A DNA stretch of 64,000 nucleotides. Source: Hyphomicrobiaceae bacterium UBA7697 (GTDB taxonomy: Bacteria; Pseudomonadota; Alphaproteobacteria; Rhizobiales; Methyloligellaceae). Below the pieces are notes generated by a model. That model was not told the origin of the DNA. It worked only from the letters and a program-made list of their open reading frames with translations, and searched no databases. The stretch covers positions 25,015 to 89,014 of the forward strand of contig DLGJ01000015.1 of NCBI GenBank assembly GCA_002482645.1, given 5' to 3'. Both the position numbers and the translations under genes were made by a program. This document shows, in pieces, positions 21,213 to 33,000 of the stretch; within the stretch, counting starts at the first letter, position 1, and each line of letters starts with the position of its first letter.

Positions 21213-22540
21213 CCCTGGCCTTGGGACTGACGCTTGGCGCGATCGTCGGCCTGCTGATCGTCTCGGCGTTCTTCTCCGGCTCCGAGACGGCGCTGACGGC
21301 GGCGAGCCGGGCCCGGATGCACGCGCTCGAGGACGACGGCAGCGCGCGAGCGGGTCTCGTCAACCGCCTCTTGGACTCCCGCGAGCGGCTGATCGGCGCG
21401 CTGCTACTCGGGAACAACCTGGTCAACATCGCCGCCTCGGCGCTCACCACGAGCCTGTTCCTGTCCGTCTTCGGCGACGCGGGCGTGGCCTACGCCACAC
21501 TCGTCATGACCGCCGTCGTGGTCGTGTTCGCCGAGGTTCTGCCGAAGACCTACGCGATCCTGAACGCCGACCGCATGGCGCTGGCCGTCGCGCCGGTGCT
21601 GAAAGTCCTGGTCGCGCTGCTCGCGCCGGTGACGGCCGCTCTGCAATTTCTCGTGCGCCACACGCTGCGGCTGTTCGGGGCCAATATCGACGACGACGCG
21701 GAGGTCTTGTCCGCGCACGAGGAGATTCGCGGCGCGATCGAGCTGCACCACAAGGAAGGCGGCGTGGTGAAGGGCGACCGCGACATGCTCGGCGGCGTCC
21801 TCGACCTGCGCGATCTCGACGTATCCGACATCATGGTGCACCGGACCAAGATGGTCGCCATAGATGCGAATCTCAGTCCCGGGGAGATCATCGACCAGGC
21901 GCTCCAAAGCTCGCACACCCGCATCCCGCTGTGGAAGGGCGAACGCGAGGAGATCGTCGGCATCCTGCATGCCAGAACGCTGTTGCAGGCCTTGCGCGAC
22001 TCCAAGGGGGACGTCGGCAAGATCGACGTGATGGCGCTCGCCACCAAGCCCTGGTTCGTCCCCGACACCACGACGCTGAAGGCGCAGCTCGCGGCGTTTC
22101 TAAAGCGCAAGAACCATTTCGCCATCGTCGTCGACGAGTACGGCGAGGTGATGGGCCTCCTGACGCTCGAAGACATCATCGAGGAGATCGTCGGCGACAT
22201 TACCGACGAGACCGACGTGGCCGCGACGGACGCCCAGCCGCAATCCGACGGGTCGCTGATCGTCGAAGGGCTCGTGCCGATTCGCGACGTGAACCGGCTC
22301 ATGGATTGGGATCTTCCGGACGAGGAAGCCACCACCATCGCCGGCCTGGTGATCCACGAGGCTCAGACCATCCCCAATCCCGGCCAGACCTTCAACTTTC
22401 ACGATTTCCGCTTCGAGGTTCTGCGGCGGCAGCGCAACCGCATCACGCGCCTGCGCGTCGTTCCCTTGAAGAGCGCGAACCGGAACGGCGAAGACTCCGG
22501 CACGGCAGGCGCGAGCGCCGCCGCGAAGACAGCGTCCTAG
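21209..22540 (+). CDS. HlyC/CorC family (CNNM) transporter, CBS and CorC domains
   Basis: SAFFSGSETA, LLLGNNLVNI, VFAEVLPK, VVDEYGEVMGLLTLEDIIEEIVGDI. Confidence 0.93.
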   Translation: MTLALGLTLGAIVGLLIVSAFFSGSETALTAASRARMHALEDDGSARAGLVNRLLDSRERLIGALLLGNNLVNIAASALTTSLFLSVFGDAGVAYATLVMTAVVVVFAEVLPKTYAILNADRMALAVAPVLKVLVALLAPVTAALQFLVRHTLRLFGANIDDDAEVLSAHEEIRGAIELHHKEGGVVKGDRDMLGGVLDLRDLDVSDIMVHRTKMVAIDANLSPGEIIDQALQSSHTRIPLWKGEREEIVGILHARTLLQALRDSKGDVGKIDVMALATKPWFVPDTTTLKAQLAAFLKRKNHFAIVVDEYGEVMGLLTLEDIIEEIVGDITDETDVAATDAQPQSDGSLIVEGLVPIRDVNRLMDWDLPDEEATTIAGLVIHEAQTIPNPGQTFNFHDFRFEVLRRQRNRITRLRVVPLKSANRNGEDSGTAGASAAAKTAS

Positions 22541-22546
22541 AGGGCC

Positions 22547-22828
22547 TCAACCGGCTTTGGCCGCCTCCTCGGGAGTCAGCGCCGTGACGGCGAGCGCATG
22601 GATTTTTCCGGACAACTCGTCCGCCAGCACCGCATTGACCATGCGATGCCGTTCGAGGCGCGACTTGCCGGCGAAAGCGGACGAAACCACCCGGATGGCG
22701 AAATGGCTCTGGCCCGTACCGGGCGAGCTGGCATGACCCGCATGGTGGTGGGACTCGTTGACCACTTGAATGGCGTCCGGCGTGAACGCGGCGGTCAGTT
22801 TCTCACGGATGGTCTGTTCGGCACTCAT
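22547..22828 (-). CDS. bolA: BolA family protein
   Basis: NESHHHAGH, SHFAIRVVS, RHRMVN, IHAL. Confidence 0.93.
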   Translation of the reverse strand: MSAEQTIREKLTAAFTPDAIQVVNESHHHAGHASSPGTGQSHFAIRVVSSAFAGKSRLERHRMVNAVLADELSGKIHALAVTALTPEEAAKAG

Positions 22829-22995
22829 TCGTCTCGGCGCTCTTAATCCGGTGGAAGCAATCCTGATGGAGGATGGGTTTCGTGCGGGCCAGCACTACGG
22901 AATGGCCGGCGGCGCATAATCCGCCAGAGTATCGCCAATATCGTCGTCGAGCCATCCTTGTTGTGCTCGATAACGATTCCCATAATGCCGGTTCC

Positions 22996-23619
22996 ATGAA
23001 ACTCGACTCGAAACTCTTCGACCACCTGCGCGTCAAACCGGACGAGAACCGCTTGCTGCGCGACTCCGCGCCCAAATGCGAGTGGGAAGGGTGCGATCAA
23101 CCCGGCCTGTACCCGGCACCGAAAGGGCGCGGGCAGGAAGGCCAGTACCATCGCTTCTGCCTCGACCACGTGCGCGAATACAACAAGGGCTACAACTATT
23201 TCTCCGGCGTGCCGGACGAGGACGTGATCGCCCAGCAGAAGGCCGACCAGACCGGCAACCGCCCGACCTGGTTCGTGGGCGTCAACGCCTACGGAAAAGG
23301 ACGGCGGCGCGGCGGGGCGCGGCGCACCGGCCACGGCTACAAATTCGAGACCGCGGATCCGTTCGGCTTGTTTGGCGGAAACGGCCCCGCGGGCGAACCG
23401 CCGGGACAGGCCCGGCGCCCCTTGAAGCGGCTCGAACGCAAGGCGCTCCGCCACCTCAATCTGGAGGACAACGCCACGAAGCAGGACATCAAGGCGCGCT
23501 TCAAGGAGCTCGTGAAACGGCTCCATCCCGACCACAACAATGGCGACAGGTCCTCGGAGGACAAGTTGCGTGAAGTGATCCAAGCCTATAACTATCTAAG
23601 GCAAGCGGGGCTCGCATGA
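22996..23619 (+). CDS. J-domain (DnaJ-like) protein, C-terminal J domain
   Basis: MKLDSKLFDHLRVK, FCLDHVREYNKGYNYF, LVKRLHPDHN HPD motif; bolA-J-cobS synteny. Confidence 0.9.
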   Translation: MKLDSKLFDHLRVKPDENRLLRDSAPKCEWEGCDQPGLYPAPKGRGQEGQYHRFCLDHVREYNKGYNYFSGVPDEDVIAQQKADQTGNRPTWFVGVNAYGKGRRRGGARRTGHGYKFETADPFGLFGGNGPAGEPPGQARRPLKRLERKALRHLNLEDNATKQDIKARFKELVKRLHPDHNNGDRSSEDKLREVIQAYNYLRQAGLA

Positions 23620-23722
23620 CGCGCGCCGCCATTCCCACGCAAAATTAGGGTTTCGCAAGGGATTTGGCGCCGCTGTGGAGACATGATGCGCGCCCATCAC
23701 CGACAAAGGCTCATCATCGATC

Positions 23723-24712
23723 ATGACACTTGAAACAGCGACGAACGGCCCCGGCCTGCCGGATATGACCGTCTCCGTGCGCCAGGTCTTCGGCATAGAC
23801 TCCGATCTCGAAGTGCCGGCCTATTCCCAGTCCGACGAGCACGTTCCGGACGTCGACCCGGACTATCTGTTCAACCGCGACGTGACGCTCGCGATCCTCG
23901 CCGGATTCAAACACAACCGGCGGGTGATGATTCAGGGCTATCACGGCACGGGCAAATCGACGCATATCGAGCAGGTGGCGGCGCGCCTCAACTGGCCGTG
24001 CATCCGCGTCAATCTCGACAGCCATGTCAGCCGCATCGACCTCGTCGGCAAGGACGCCATCGTCATCAAGGACGGCCAGCAGGTGACCGAGTTCCGCGAG
24101 GGAATTCTCCCCTACGCGCTGCAGTCCAACACCGCGCTGTGCTTCGACGAGTACGACGCCGGGCGTCCCGACGTGATGTTCGTGATCCAGCGCGTCCTGG
24201 AAGTTTCGGGAAAGCTGACCTTGCTCGACCAATCCAAGGTCATCCGGCCGCACCCGGCCTTCCGCCTGTTCGCGACCACGAACACGATCGGCCTCGGCGA
24301 CACGAGCGGCCTCTATCACGGCACGCAGCAGATCAACCAGGGCCAGATGGACCGCTGGTCGATCGTCGCCACGTTGAATTACCTGCCGCACGACGACGAA
24401 GTCGAGATCGTCCTGGCGAAGGTGAAGTCGTTCAATACCGAAGAGGGCCGCAAGACGATCTCGAATATGGTCCGCGTGGCGGAGCTCACCCGCAACGCCT
24501 TCATGAATGGCGACCTGTCCACGGTGATGAGTCCCCGGACCGTGATCACCTGGGCCGAGAACGCCGAGATTTTCGCCGATGTGGGTACGGCCTTCGCTCT
24601 GTCCTTCCTAAACAAGTGCGACGAGCTCGAACGCGGCATGATCGCCGAGTTCTATCAGCGCTGCTTTGGCGAGGACCTGCCCGAGTCCACCGCCAATGTG
24701 GCGTTGAGCTGA
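23723..24712 (+). CDS. cobS: Cobaltochelatase subunit CobS (AAA+)
   Basis: [38 protein letters not shown]. Confidence 0.96.
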   Translation: MTLETATNGPGLPDMTVSVRQVFGIDSDLEVPAYSQSDEHVPDVDPDYLFNRDVTLAILAGFKHNRRVMIQGYHGTGKSTHIEQVAARLNWPCIRVNLDSHVSRIDLVGKDAIVIKDGQQVTEFREGILPYALQSNTALCFDEYDAGRPDVMFVIQRVLEVSGKLTLLDQSKVIRPHPAFRLFATTNTIGLGDTSGLYHGTQQINQGQMDRWSIVATLNYLPHDDEVEIVLAKVKSFNTEEGRKTISNMVRVAELTRNAFMNGDLSTVMSPRTVITWAENAEIFADVGTAFALSFLNKCDELERGMIAEFYQRCFGEDLPESTANVALS

Positions 24713-24755
24713 GCCGGAACCGCTTGTGTAATTTCCGCTCTGGGAGTCCGTCCTG

Positions 24756-26657
24756 ATGTCTGGACCGAAACGGAAAGAGGCTCCCCTCGATCCGTTCAAA
24801 CGCGCGGTGACGCTGGCGACGCGGGCGATCGCCGCCGATGGCGGCATCGAGGTCGTGTTCTCCAACGAACCGCCCGGCCTTTCCGGCAAGACGGCGCGCG
24901 TGCCGGAGCCGCCCCGCGTGCCGACGCGCGAAGAGCTCGCGGCCATCCGCGGACACGCCGACGCGGCCGCGCTCGCGATTTCCTGCAGCGACGAGGGACT
25001 CAATCGGGCGCTGGCGCCGCCGGGCGGCGAAGCCAGGGCCGTGTTCGATGCTTTGGAACAAGCCCGTGTCGAGGCGATCGGCGCCATTCGCATGGACGGC
25101 GTCGCCCAGAACCTGACGGCCCGCACCGAGCAGCGTTACGCACGTAGCCGCATCACCGAGGAGACCGAGCGTTCCGAAGCGCCGATCTCCGATGCGCTGG
25201 CGCTCATGATCCGGGAACGGTTGACCGGCGAAGCGCCGCCGGCCCGCGCAAAGCCGCTCGTGAATCTCTGGCGTCCCTGGGTCGAGGAGCGCGCCAAGAC
25301 GCTGCTCGACCGGATGCAGGGCACGCTGTTCGATCAGGAAGCCTTCGGCAAACTCGCCCGCGATCTCCTGACGGCCCTCGACATGGCCGACCAGCTCGAC
25401 CAGGGCGACCAGGACGAAGAGTCGTCCCAGGACGGCGAAGACGAGCCCGAGACGTCGGAGGACGACGAGAATCAGGCGGAAATGCAGACCGGCTCGGAAC
25501 TTGCCCAAGAGGCGCGAACCGAGCCTGACGACACGTCCGAAGACACGATGGACGACCAGGAGGACGGCGCCACCGACCAGCTCGACGAAGACGACGAGGC
25601 GGCCGATCTCCCGCGCCGCGGGGATCCCTGGCGCCCCAACCTGTCCATCCTCGATGACCCGGCCGCGTTCGGCTACAAGATCTTCACCGAGGAGTTCGAC
25701 GAGATCGTTACCGCCGAGGAACTGTGCGACGCCGACGAACTCGACCGGCTGCGCTCATTCCTCGACAAGCAGCTCGTGGCGCTTCAGGGCGCGGTCGCGC
25801 GGCTGGCCAACCGGCTGCAACGCCGCCTGCTGGCGCAGCAGGATCGCGGCTGGGATTTCGATCTCGACGAGGGCACGCTCGATGCCGCGCGCCTGACGCG
25901 CGTCATCATCGACCCCATGCATCCGCTGACTTTCAAGCAGGAGCGCGACACCGAGTTCCGCGACACGGTCGTCACGTTGCTGCTCGACAATTCCGGCTCG
26001 ATGCGCGGGCGTCCGATCATGGTCGCCGCCTGTTGCGCCGACATTCTGGCGCGCACCTTGGAACGGTGCGGCGTCAAGGTGGAAATTTTGGGTTTCACCA
26101 CCCGGGCCTGGAAGGGCGGGCATGCGCGCGAAGCCTGGCTGAAGGCCATGAAGCCGCCGTTCCCCGGCCGGCTGAACGATCTCCGGCACATCGTCTACAA
26201 ATCGGCCGACATGCCTTGGCGGCGCGCCCGGCGCAATCTCGGCCTGATGATGCGCGAAGGGCTTTTGAAGGAGAATATCGACGGCGAGGCGCTGGCCTGG
26301 GCCCATAAGCGTCTTCTGGCCCGGCCCGAACAGCGGCGCATCCTGATGATGATCTCCGACGGCGCGCCCGTGGACGATTCGACGTTGTCGGTCAACTCCG
26401 GCGCTTATCTCGAGAAGCATTTGCGCCAGGTGATCGACGAGATCGAGACGCGCTCGCCGGTCGAGCTGCTGGCCATCGGCATCGGCCACGACGTGACGCG
26501 CTACTATCGCCGCGCCGTCACCATAACCGACGCGGAGGAATTGGCCGGGGCGATGACCGACAAGCTCGCCGAGCTCTTCGACGACGACCTCGCCGCGCGC
26601 GCGCTGCAGCGCGCGAACCCCTCGGCGGCGCGCGCAAAACGCCGGACATTGCACTAG
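24756..26657 (+). CDS. cobT: Cobaltochelatase subunit CobT (vWA)
   Basis: Acidic linker; [12 protein letters not shown]; [11 protein letters not shown]; [13 protein letters not shown]. Confidence 0.96.
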   Translation: MSGPKRKEAPLDPFKRAVTLATRAIAADGGIEVVFSNEPPGLSGKTARVPEPPRVPTREELAAIRGHADAAALAISCSDEGLNRALAPPGGEARAVFDALEQARVEAIGAIRMDGVAQNLTARTEQRYARSRITEETERSEAPISDALALMIRERLTGEAPPARAKPLVNLWRPWVEERAKTLLDRMQGTLFDQEAFGKLARDLLTALDMADQLDQGDQDEESSQDGEDEPETSEDDENQAEMQTGSELAQEARTEPDDTSEDTMDDQEDGATDQLDEDDEAADLPRRGDPWRPNLSILDDPAAFGYKIFTEEFDEIVTAEELCDADELDRLRSFLDKQLVALQGAVARLANRLQRRLLAQQDRGWDFDLDEGTLDAARLTRVIIDPMHPLTFKQERDTEFRDTVVTLLLDNSGSMRGRPIMVAACCADILARTLERCGVKVEILGFTTRAWKGGHAREAWLKAMKPPFPGRLNDLRHIVYKSADMPWRRARRNLGLMMREGLLKENIDGEALAWAHKRLLARPEQRRILMMISDGAPVDDSTLSVNSGAYLEKHLRQVIDEIETRSPVELLAIGIGHDVTRYYRRAVTITDAEELAGAMTDKLAELFDDDLAARALQRANPSAARAKRRTLH

Positions 26658-27704
26658 GTGTTCCCGATATCGCGCAAGGCCACGGCGGCTCTGGCGGTCG
26701 TCCTGACCGGCGCTGCCGTTCTCTACTTCGACATGCCCGCCCTAGTCGCCAAACCGGCCATGCCCCTGGACGGTCCGGTGTCCACGCACGTCTCCGTCGT
26801 CCCGCTGTCCTTCGATCGCGACGATGCCACCCGGACGAAGTTCGGCAAGCTCACCTATCGCGGCGGTCTCAATATCTTCGCGCGCTCTCCCCATTTCGGC
26901 GGCTATTCGGCCATGGCCCTCGACGCGTCGGGCACGACCCTGCTCGCGCTCTCCGACGCGGGCTCCTGGATGCGGGCGACCCTCGACTATGATGGGCTCC
27001 GCCTGACGGGACTATCAGACGTGACTCTCGGACCCATTCTCGACACCGGCGGCAAGCCGTTGCGGTCCGCGAGCCGGCAGGACGCGGAAGGCATGGCGCT
27101 CCTGTCGGGCGATACACGGGAGGGCACGGCGCTCGTCTCCTTCGAGCGCGACCACCGCATCATGCGCTACCCCTTTACGGCGGAGCGCTTCGGCCCGCCC
27201 GACGGCGCTATTCCCCTGCCAAAGACCGCACGCGGCATGAGCGCGAATATGGGGCTGGAGGCCCTCGCCACCATCAAGGCCGGCCGGATGAAGGGCACCA
27301 TCGTCGCCGTTCCGGAGCGCTTGAAGGACCGGAACGGCAATCTCATGGGCTGGCTCATCGGCGGCCCCGCCCCCGGTACGATCACGATCAGGCGGCTCGG
27401 CGGCTTCGACCTGACCGCCGCGGCCGGATTGCCCGGCGGCGGACTTCTGCTGCTGGAACGCCGCTTCCGCTACTCGGAAGGGGTGAAGATGCGCATCCGC
27501 CGGATCGCGGCGTCCGATCTACGCCCCGGCAAACCGATCGTCGGCGAGGTCCTGCTCGAAGCCAGCGACATCATGAACATCGACAATATGGAAGCGATCG
27601 CCGTGCACCGCGCGCACGGGGGCGAGACCGTCCTGACGGTCATGTCGGACGACAATTTCAGCGCCTTTCAGCGCTCGTTGATCATGCAGTTCACCCTGCC
27701 CTAA
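26658..27704 (+). CDS. Esterase-like activity of phytase family protein
   Basis: FGGYSAM, DAEG, VSFE, DNMEAI, SDDNFS; usual cobT neighbour. Confidence 0.82.
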   Translation: MFPISRKATAALAVVLTGAAVLYFDMPALVAKPAMPLDGPVSTHVSVVPLSFDRDDATRTKFGKLTYRGGLNIFARSPHFGGYSAMALDASGTTLLALSDAGSWMRATLDYDGLRLTGLSDVTLGPILDTGGKPLRSASRQDAEGMALLSGDTREGTALVSFERDHRIMRYPFTAERFGPPDGAIPLPKTARGMSANMGLEALATIKAGRMKGTIVAVPERLKDRNGNLMGWLIGGPAPGTITIRRLGGFDLTAAAGLPGGGLLLLERRFRYSEGVKMRIRRIAASDLRPGKPIVGEVLLEASDIMNIDNMEAIAVHRAHGGETVLTVMSDDNFSAFQRSLIMQFTLP

Positions 27705-27725
27705 GCGGGCGGGAGCGGCGCGGCC

Positions 27726-28025
27726 CTAGGAGGCGGCGGCCCGCGCTTCGGTCGCCTTGGCGATCTCCCGCTTCAGACGCCGGGCCTTGAGGGAGAGCTC
27801 GTCCTCGCCTGCCTTGAGCAGATACGCATCCAGCCCGCCACGATGCTCGACCGTGCGCAGCGCGCTCGCCGAAACCGTGAAGCGGACGGTCTTCTTCAGA
27901 ACATCGCTCTGAAGCGTGACATTGCTCAGATTCGGCAAGAAGCGGCGCCGCGTGCGGCGCTTGGCATGGCTCACATTGTTGCCGGTGAGCACGGCTTTGC
28001 CGGACAGCTCGCAGCGACGGGCCAT
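27726..28025 (-). CDS. rpmB: 50S ribosomal protein L28
   Basis: [33 protein letters not shown]. Confidence 0.97.
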   Translation of the reverse strand: MARRCELSGKAVLTGNNVSHAKRRTRRRFLPNLSNVTLQSDVLKKTVRFTVSASALRTVEHRGGLDAYLLKAGEDELSLKARRLKREIAKATEARAAAS

Positions 28026-28107
28026 GGTCCTTGTCCTTCCAACGAAAATCTTGTGAATACCTCGTGCGGCTCGTGTCGTTTCACGAGCGCAAGGCTCAAG
28101 GCCGGGA

Positions 28108-28136
28108 CATATACGGGGATGGCGCAATGCGGTCAA
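28108..28136 (-). promoter_or_regulatory. Putative sigma70 promoter of rpmB
   Basis: Minus strand TTGACC-N17-TATATG. Confidence 0.55.
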
Positions 28137-28246
28137 GGCGCAGAAGGCATTTCGCCTCTGTTGGCCCAATTGACGAATCCATCTAATCCTGGACAGTGGC
28201 CTTGCGAAATCAAAATAGCGGGGAACACCGGGAAAGGCTGCGATAG

Positions 28247-29281
28247 ATGCGGGTCGCACGACATGTCATGAGCTTGGGTGCGCCCGCCGCGCTGACCCTG
28301 GGCATTGCGGCCTTGGCTCTGATTTCGCTGGACTTTTGGCCGGACGGGGACGCTGGCAGCGCACGGGCCGAGATACAGGCCGACCCGGACATGCGCGGCG
28401 AGGTCCCTGACGAGGGTCCCCCGCCCTTCCCGATCGAAGGCCTCTACAAGGATCGCCCGGAGGACAGCGAGCCCTCGCCCACCATGCCGACCACGCCCTC
28501 GGCGGCCCCGCCGGTCGACACCTCGGCCAGCTTCGTCGCCGTCTACAATGTCAGCCTCGGCCGCTTCAATCTGGGCAATTTCAGCATTTCCGGCACGGTC
28601 CGCGACGGCCAGTACAATTTGCGCGGCGCCGGGACCTTCTCCGTGCTCAAGGGCTGGGTCTTCAATTGGCAGGGCTCCCTCGGCGGCGCCGGCGCGGCGA
28701 CCACCGCCGGCCCGAACCCGACGACCTATTCGTTCAGCCAGACGGACGGAAAATACAGCGAACGCCTGCGCATCTCCTTTGGCGACGGCTTCGTGCAGTC
28801 CGTCAGGATTTGGCCGAAGCCGCGCCCCTATCCCGGTGAGATCAAGGTCACGAAAGAACAGGTGCAGCATGTGGTGGATCCGCTGAGCGGCGCCTTTCTC
28901 ACGGCCCGCTCCGCGAACCCCCATGGCGATCTCAGCGTCTGCGACCAAGTGATCCCGATCTTCGACGGACGCTCGCGCTACGATCTCGTGTTGACGCCGA
29001 AGAAGCGCGTGATGGTGCAGAACCGGGGTGCCGGCAGCTACACCGGCCCGGCCGCGGTGTGCCGGGTGAAGTTCGTACCCATCTCCGGCTATCCGCGCGG
29101 CGATCCCGGCATCGAGCAACTGCGCCAAGCCAACGGCATCGAAGCCTGGATGGTGCCGCTCCAGGGAACGGACATGTATGTGCCCTACCGCATCGTGATC
29201 CCGGCCTTCGGCGGCTACACGGCGGTCGCCGTGATGACGTCCTTGCGCGTCGGCCGCGCCGGACGGGCCGAAGCGCGCTGA
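28247..29281 (+). CDS. DUF3108 domain-containing protein
   Basis: N-terminal TM/signal; [29 protein letters not shown]. Confidence 0.8.
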   Translation: MRVARHVMSLGAPAALTLGIAALALISLDFWPDGDAGSARAEIQADPDMRGEVPDEGPPPFPIEGLYKDRPEDSEPSPTMPTTPSAAPPVDTSASFVAVYNVSLGRFNLGNFSISGTVRDGQYNLRGAGTFSVLKGWVFNWQGSLGGAGAATTAGPNPTTYSFSQTDGKYSERLRISFGDGFVQSVRIWPKPRPYPGEIKVTKEQVQHVVDPLSGAFLTARSANPHGDLSVCDQVIPIFDGRSRYDLVLTPKKRVMVQNRGAGSYTGPAAVCRVKFVPISGYPRGDPGIEQLRQANGIEAWMVPLQGTDMYVPYRIVIPAFGGYTAVAVMTSLRVGRAGRAEAR

Positions 29282-29318
29282 GCCACGCCGTGGTCCCGGT
29301 AGGGACGCTGGACCCCAC

Positions 29319-29918
29319 TGGTTAACGCGGCCCCTCCAAACCACAACATCTCGTAGGGAACGGCCCGCGAAGATTTACGAACCCCTGATTCGTCGCCGCT
29401 CTGTTCACGGTGTGGGCTTGCACCGATTGCGCCCCGTGCCGGCACGAAAACGAGATGTAGTGCCCCGCTTGGCGGTGTGAGTGTGCGCCCCGAACTCGTC
29501 ATGCCCGGACTCGATCCGGGCATCCGCGAAATGCCTCCCTACCGCCCTCAAAGACGTGGATGGCCGGGCCGAGCCCGGCCATGACGGGGGAACGGGCGAG
29601 TCTGCAGTTGCCGATTTACTTGGCCCACGCTCCTACGCCGTCATGCCGGGACTTGATCCGGGCATCCACTTGGGCCTCTCGATCTCGCTCAGGCCCTCGG
29701 CTTCACGTAAACCGCCCCAATGGACCCACGGGACAAGCCGAGGGTGACGAAGAGAGCGGCGTGCCGCGGCCCTTGGTTAACGCGGCACCCCAAAACCACA
29801 ACATGTCGTGGGGAACGGCTCGCGAAAATTAACGATCCCCTGATTCGCCCCTCGTCTGTTCCCGTTGCGATCCCGCGCCACGCGGCCATACGCCGGAAAC
29901 GATGCTAGATGTAGCGCG
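29319..29918. repeat. Two ~145-bp direct repeats (29319-29463 and 29774-29918)
   Basis: First 88 nt align ungapped at 74/88 identity; both end in AGATGTAG at near-identical offset. Confidence 0.9.
29497..29749. repeat. Four CGTC-tagged REP-like palindromes forming two inverted doublets
   Basis: 29497-29525 cgtcatgcccggactcgatccgggcatcc; 29558-29586 inverted; 29639-29667; 29722-29749 inverted and degenerate. Confidence 0.85.
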
Positions 29919-30083
29919 GGCGGCCCAAAACGCTTACATCCACTCTCAGCCGGGCATGCGCGCAATCGCCGTTCCATTTTGGGACGGAACATAATTCGAA
30001 TACGCTGGAGTCAGCGATTCGGACGGGTTTCGTTCTGGTCCCGTTCACGCCGAAGCAACGAGTCGCGTTAAGAATTTCGCTGA

Positions 30084-33000
30084 ATGTCCAAAGCCTTATC
30101 CACACAATCCACAGGCGCGCAGACGATCGGCGCGCACGGACCGCCCAATCGCGGACGCGGCGTCACCGCCGTGCTGGGCCCCACCAATACGGGCAAGACC
30201 CATCTCGCCATCGAGCGCATGCTCGCTCACGACGTCGGCGTGATCGGCCTTCCTTTGCGGCTCCTCGCGCGCGAGGTCTACGAGAAGGTGGTCGCCAAGG
30301 TGGGCGCGGGCCAGGTCGCGCTGATCACCGGCGAAGAGAAGATCAAGCCCCCGCGCGCCCGCTTCTACGTTTGCACCGTGGAAGCGATGCCGCGCGAGCT
30401 GGAGGCCGACTTCGTCGCCATCGACGAAATCCAGCTCGCCGCCGACGCCGAGCGCGGCCATGTCTTCACCAACCGGCTGTTCCATGCGCGCGGCCTGAGC
30501 GAGACGTTGCTGCTCGGCGCCGCGACCATGCGCGAGGCGATCCGGGAGCTGCTGCCCGGCGCCAATCTCGTGTCGCGCCCGCGCATGTCGAACCTCACCT
30601 ATGCGGGCGAGAAGAAGATCACGCGGCTGCCCCGGCGTTCGGCCATCGTCGCCTTCTCCGCGAACGATGTGTACGCCATCGCCGAGCTCGTGCGCCGTCA
30701 GCGCGGCGGCGCGGCCGTGGTGCTCGGCGCGCTGTCTCCGCGCACGCGCAACGCGCAAGTCGCTCTCTACCAGAACGGCGACGTGGACTTCTTGGTCGCG
30801 ACCGACGCGATCGGCATGGGCCTCAATCTCGATCTCGATCACGTCGCCTTCGCGGGGGTGCGCAAGTTCGACGGCCACACCCATCGCAACCTCACCCCGT
30901 CGGAGCTCGGCCAGATCGCCGGACGCGCCGGGCGCCACATGAACGACGGCACGTTCGGGGTAACGGGACAAGTCGGCCCGTTCGACGCGGAGTCGATCGA
31001 GCGTCTCGAAACCCACGCCTTCGATCAGGTCGGCGTCCTGCAATGGCGCAGCCGCACATTGGACACCGCCTCCATCGGCGCCCTCAAGGAGAGCTTGCGC
31101 GAAACGCCGGTCCATCCCCGCCTCATCCGCTCGCGCATGGTCGACGACGTCATCGCGCTGGAGAACGTCACCCGCGACGAGGCCCTTTGCGACATGGCGC
31201 GCTCGCCGGCTTCGGTCGGGCTGCTGTGGGACATGTGCCAGATCCCCGACTACCAGCGCGTCTCGCCCACGGACCACGCCGACCTCGTCGGCACGCTGTT
31301 CGGGTTCGTCATGAGCGAGGAGGGCAGGATTCCCGAGGACTGGTTCTCCCGGCAAGTGGGACAGGCGGATCGAACCGAAGGCGACCTCGATACGTTGTCG
31401 AATCGTCTAGCGCAAATTCGCACCTGGACATTTGTGTCCCACCGCGCTCAATGGCTGGACGATCCGGAGCACTGGCAAGAACGTACCAGATCGATCGAGG
31501 ACAAATTGTCCGACGCGCTTCACGAACGCCTGACGCAACGCTTCGTCGACCGGCGAACCAGCGTGCTCATGCGGCGCCTGCGCGACAAGGAGGAAATGAT
31601 GGCCGAAATCGGCGAAGACGGTCAGATCCTAGTGGAGAACCACTATGTGGGCCGTCTGGACGGATTCCGCTTCACGCCCGATTCCTCGGGCGACGGCATT
31701 CATGGAAAGGCCGCGCGCAATGCGGCCACGCAGGTTTTGGCGAGCGAGCTCGCCTCGCGCAGCGATGCGCTGTCGTCCGCGACCGACGACACCATTGCCC
31801 TGTCGGGAAGCGGGCGCGTGTTGTGGCAGGGTTGCGAAGTCGGACGGCTGGTTCCAGGCGAGACGGCCCTGAAGCCTCGCATCGAGTTGTTCGCCGACGA
31901 GAATCTGAGCGCGCCGGACCGGGAACGCGTCGCTATGCGCCTGGATGCCTGGCTCGCCGCCCATCTGGATGCGAAGCTCAAGCCGCTCATGGCTCTGAGC
32001 GCGGCCGAGGACTTGACCGGGCTCGCGCGCGGGCTCGCCTTCCGCATCACCGAGAATCTCGGCGTCCTCCGGCGCGAGGGCGCCGCCGACGACATCAAGG
32101 CGCTCGACCAGTCCGACCGCGCCCAGCTGCGGAAATACGGCGTCCGTTTCGGCGCCTTCAATCTCTACTTCCCCGCTCTGTTGAAGCCCGCCGCGGCGGA
32201 GCTCCTGCTCCTGCTTTGGGCGCTGCACGGGGGCCGGGAATACGGGATCGACGTGGACGCCATGCCGGAACGGCCGCAGCAGGGCCTGACTTCGGTGCCC
32301 GCGGACCAGGCCTTGCCCGAGCCCTATTGGCGCGCGGCGGGGTTCCATGTCGCCGGCAATCGCGCCGTCCGGATCGACATGCTGGAACGGCTGTCCGACC
32401 TGATCCGGGCACGGGTGACGTGGCGTCAGGCGCCGGAAGCACCGGCCCCGGAAGCGTCCGCTCCAGAGGCTCCGGCTCCAGAAGCCACCGCCGTAGTGTC
32501 TCCGGCTGTCGAGGCCTTGACGTCCGAAGCGGAGGGCGCCGAAGTCCCCGCGGCACCGTCGCCAGAGCCTGCCGGAGAACCGGCCGGCGCAAGGACCGCC
32601 TCGGCCGATGGCGGAGGGGCCGGAACGGATACTGCACCCGCGCCAGCAGCGGCCACCAGTCCCAAGCCGCCTGCGGGACCGTCGGGCGCCACGGGAGACG
32701 GCGGCTTCCGCGTCGTGCCTGAACTGATGTCGATGGTCGGATGCTCGGGCGAAGAATTTGCCTCGATCCTGCGCGGACTCGGGTTCCGCTTGGAGCGGCG
32801 TCGGATCGAAAATGCCGGTGCGGCGATGGGCGGGGACCTCGCGACAACGGCCGAACCGGCCGCGACCGAGGGCACGGATACCGGCGAGGGAGCGGCGCAA
32901 GCGGGCGCCGGTGACGAACAGCAAGCGCAAGCGGGTGCCGAGCCCGTCTTCGACGAAATCTGGCGTCCGGCCAAGCGCCGCACCCAACGGCAGCAACAGC

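Noticed and set aside
23620-23722. Cobalamin riboswitch upstream of cobS
   Set aside because: The gap is ~100 bp and lacks B12-box motifs.
29357-29372. Alphaproteobacterial LexA box (GAAC-N7-GAAC) within the direct repeats
   Set aside because: Both copies mismatch (GAAG, GAAA) in the second half-site; too weak to call.
29319-29918. CRISPR array interpretation of the repeat block
   Set aside because: Only two long repeats plus palindromic REPs; no regular repeat-spacer period and no cas genes.
30096-30113. Replication origin
   Set aside because: One perfect DnaA box, no AT-rich unwinding element, and none of the usual oriC-flanking genes.
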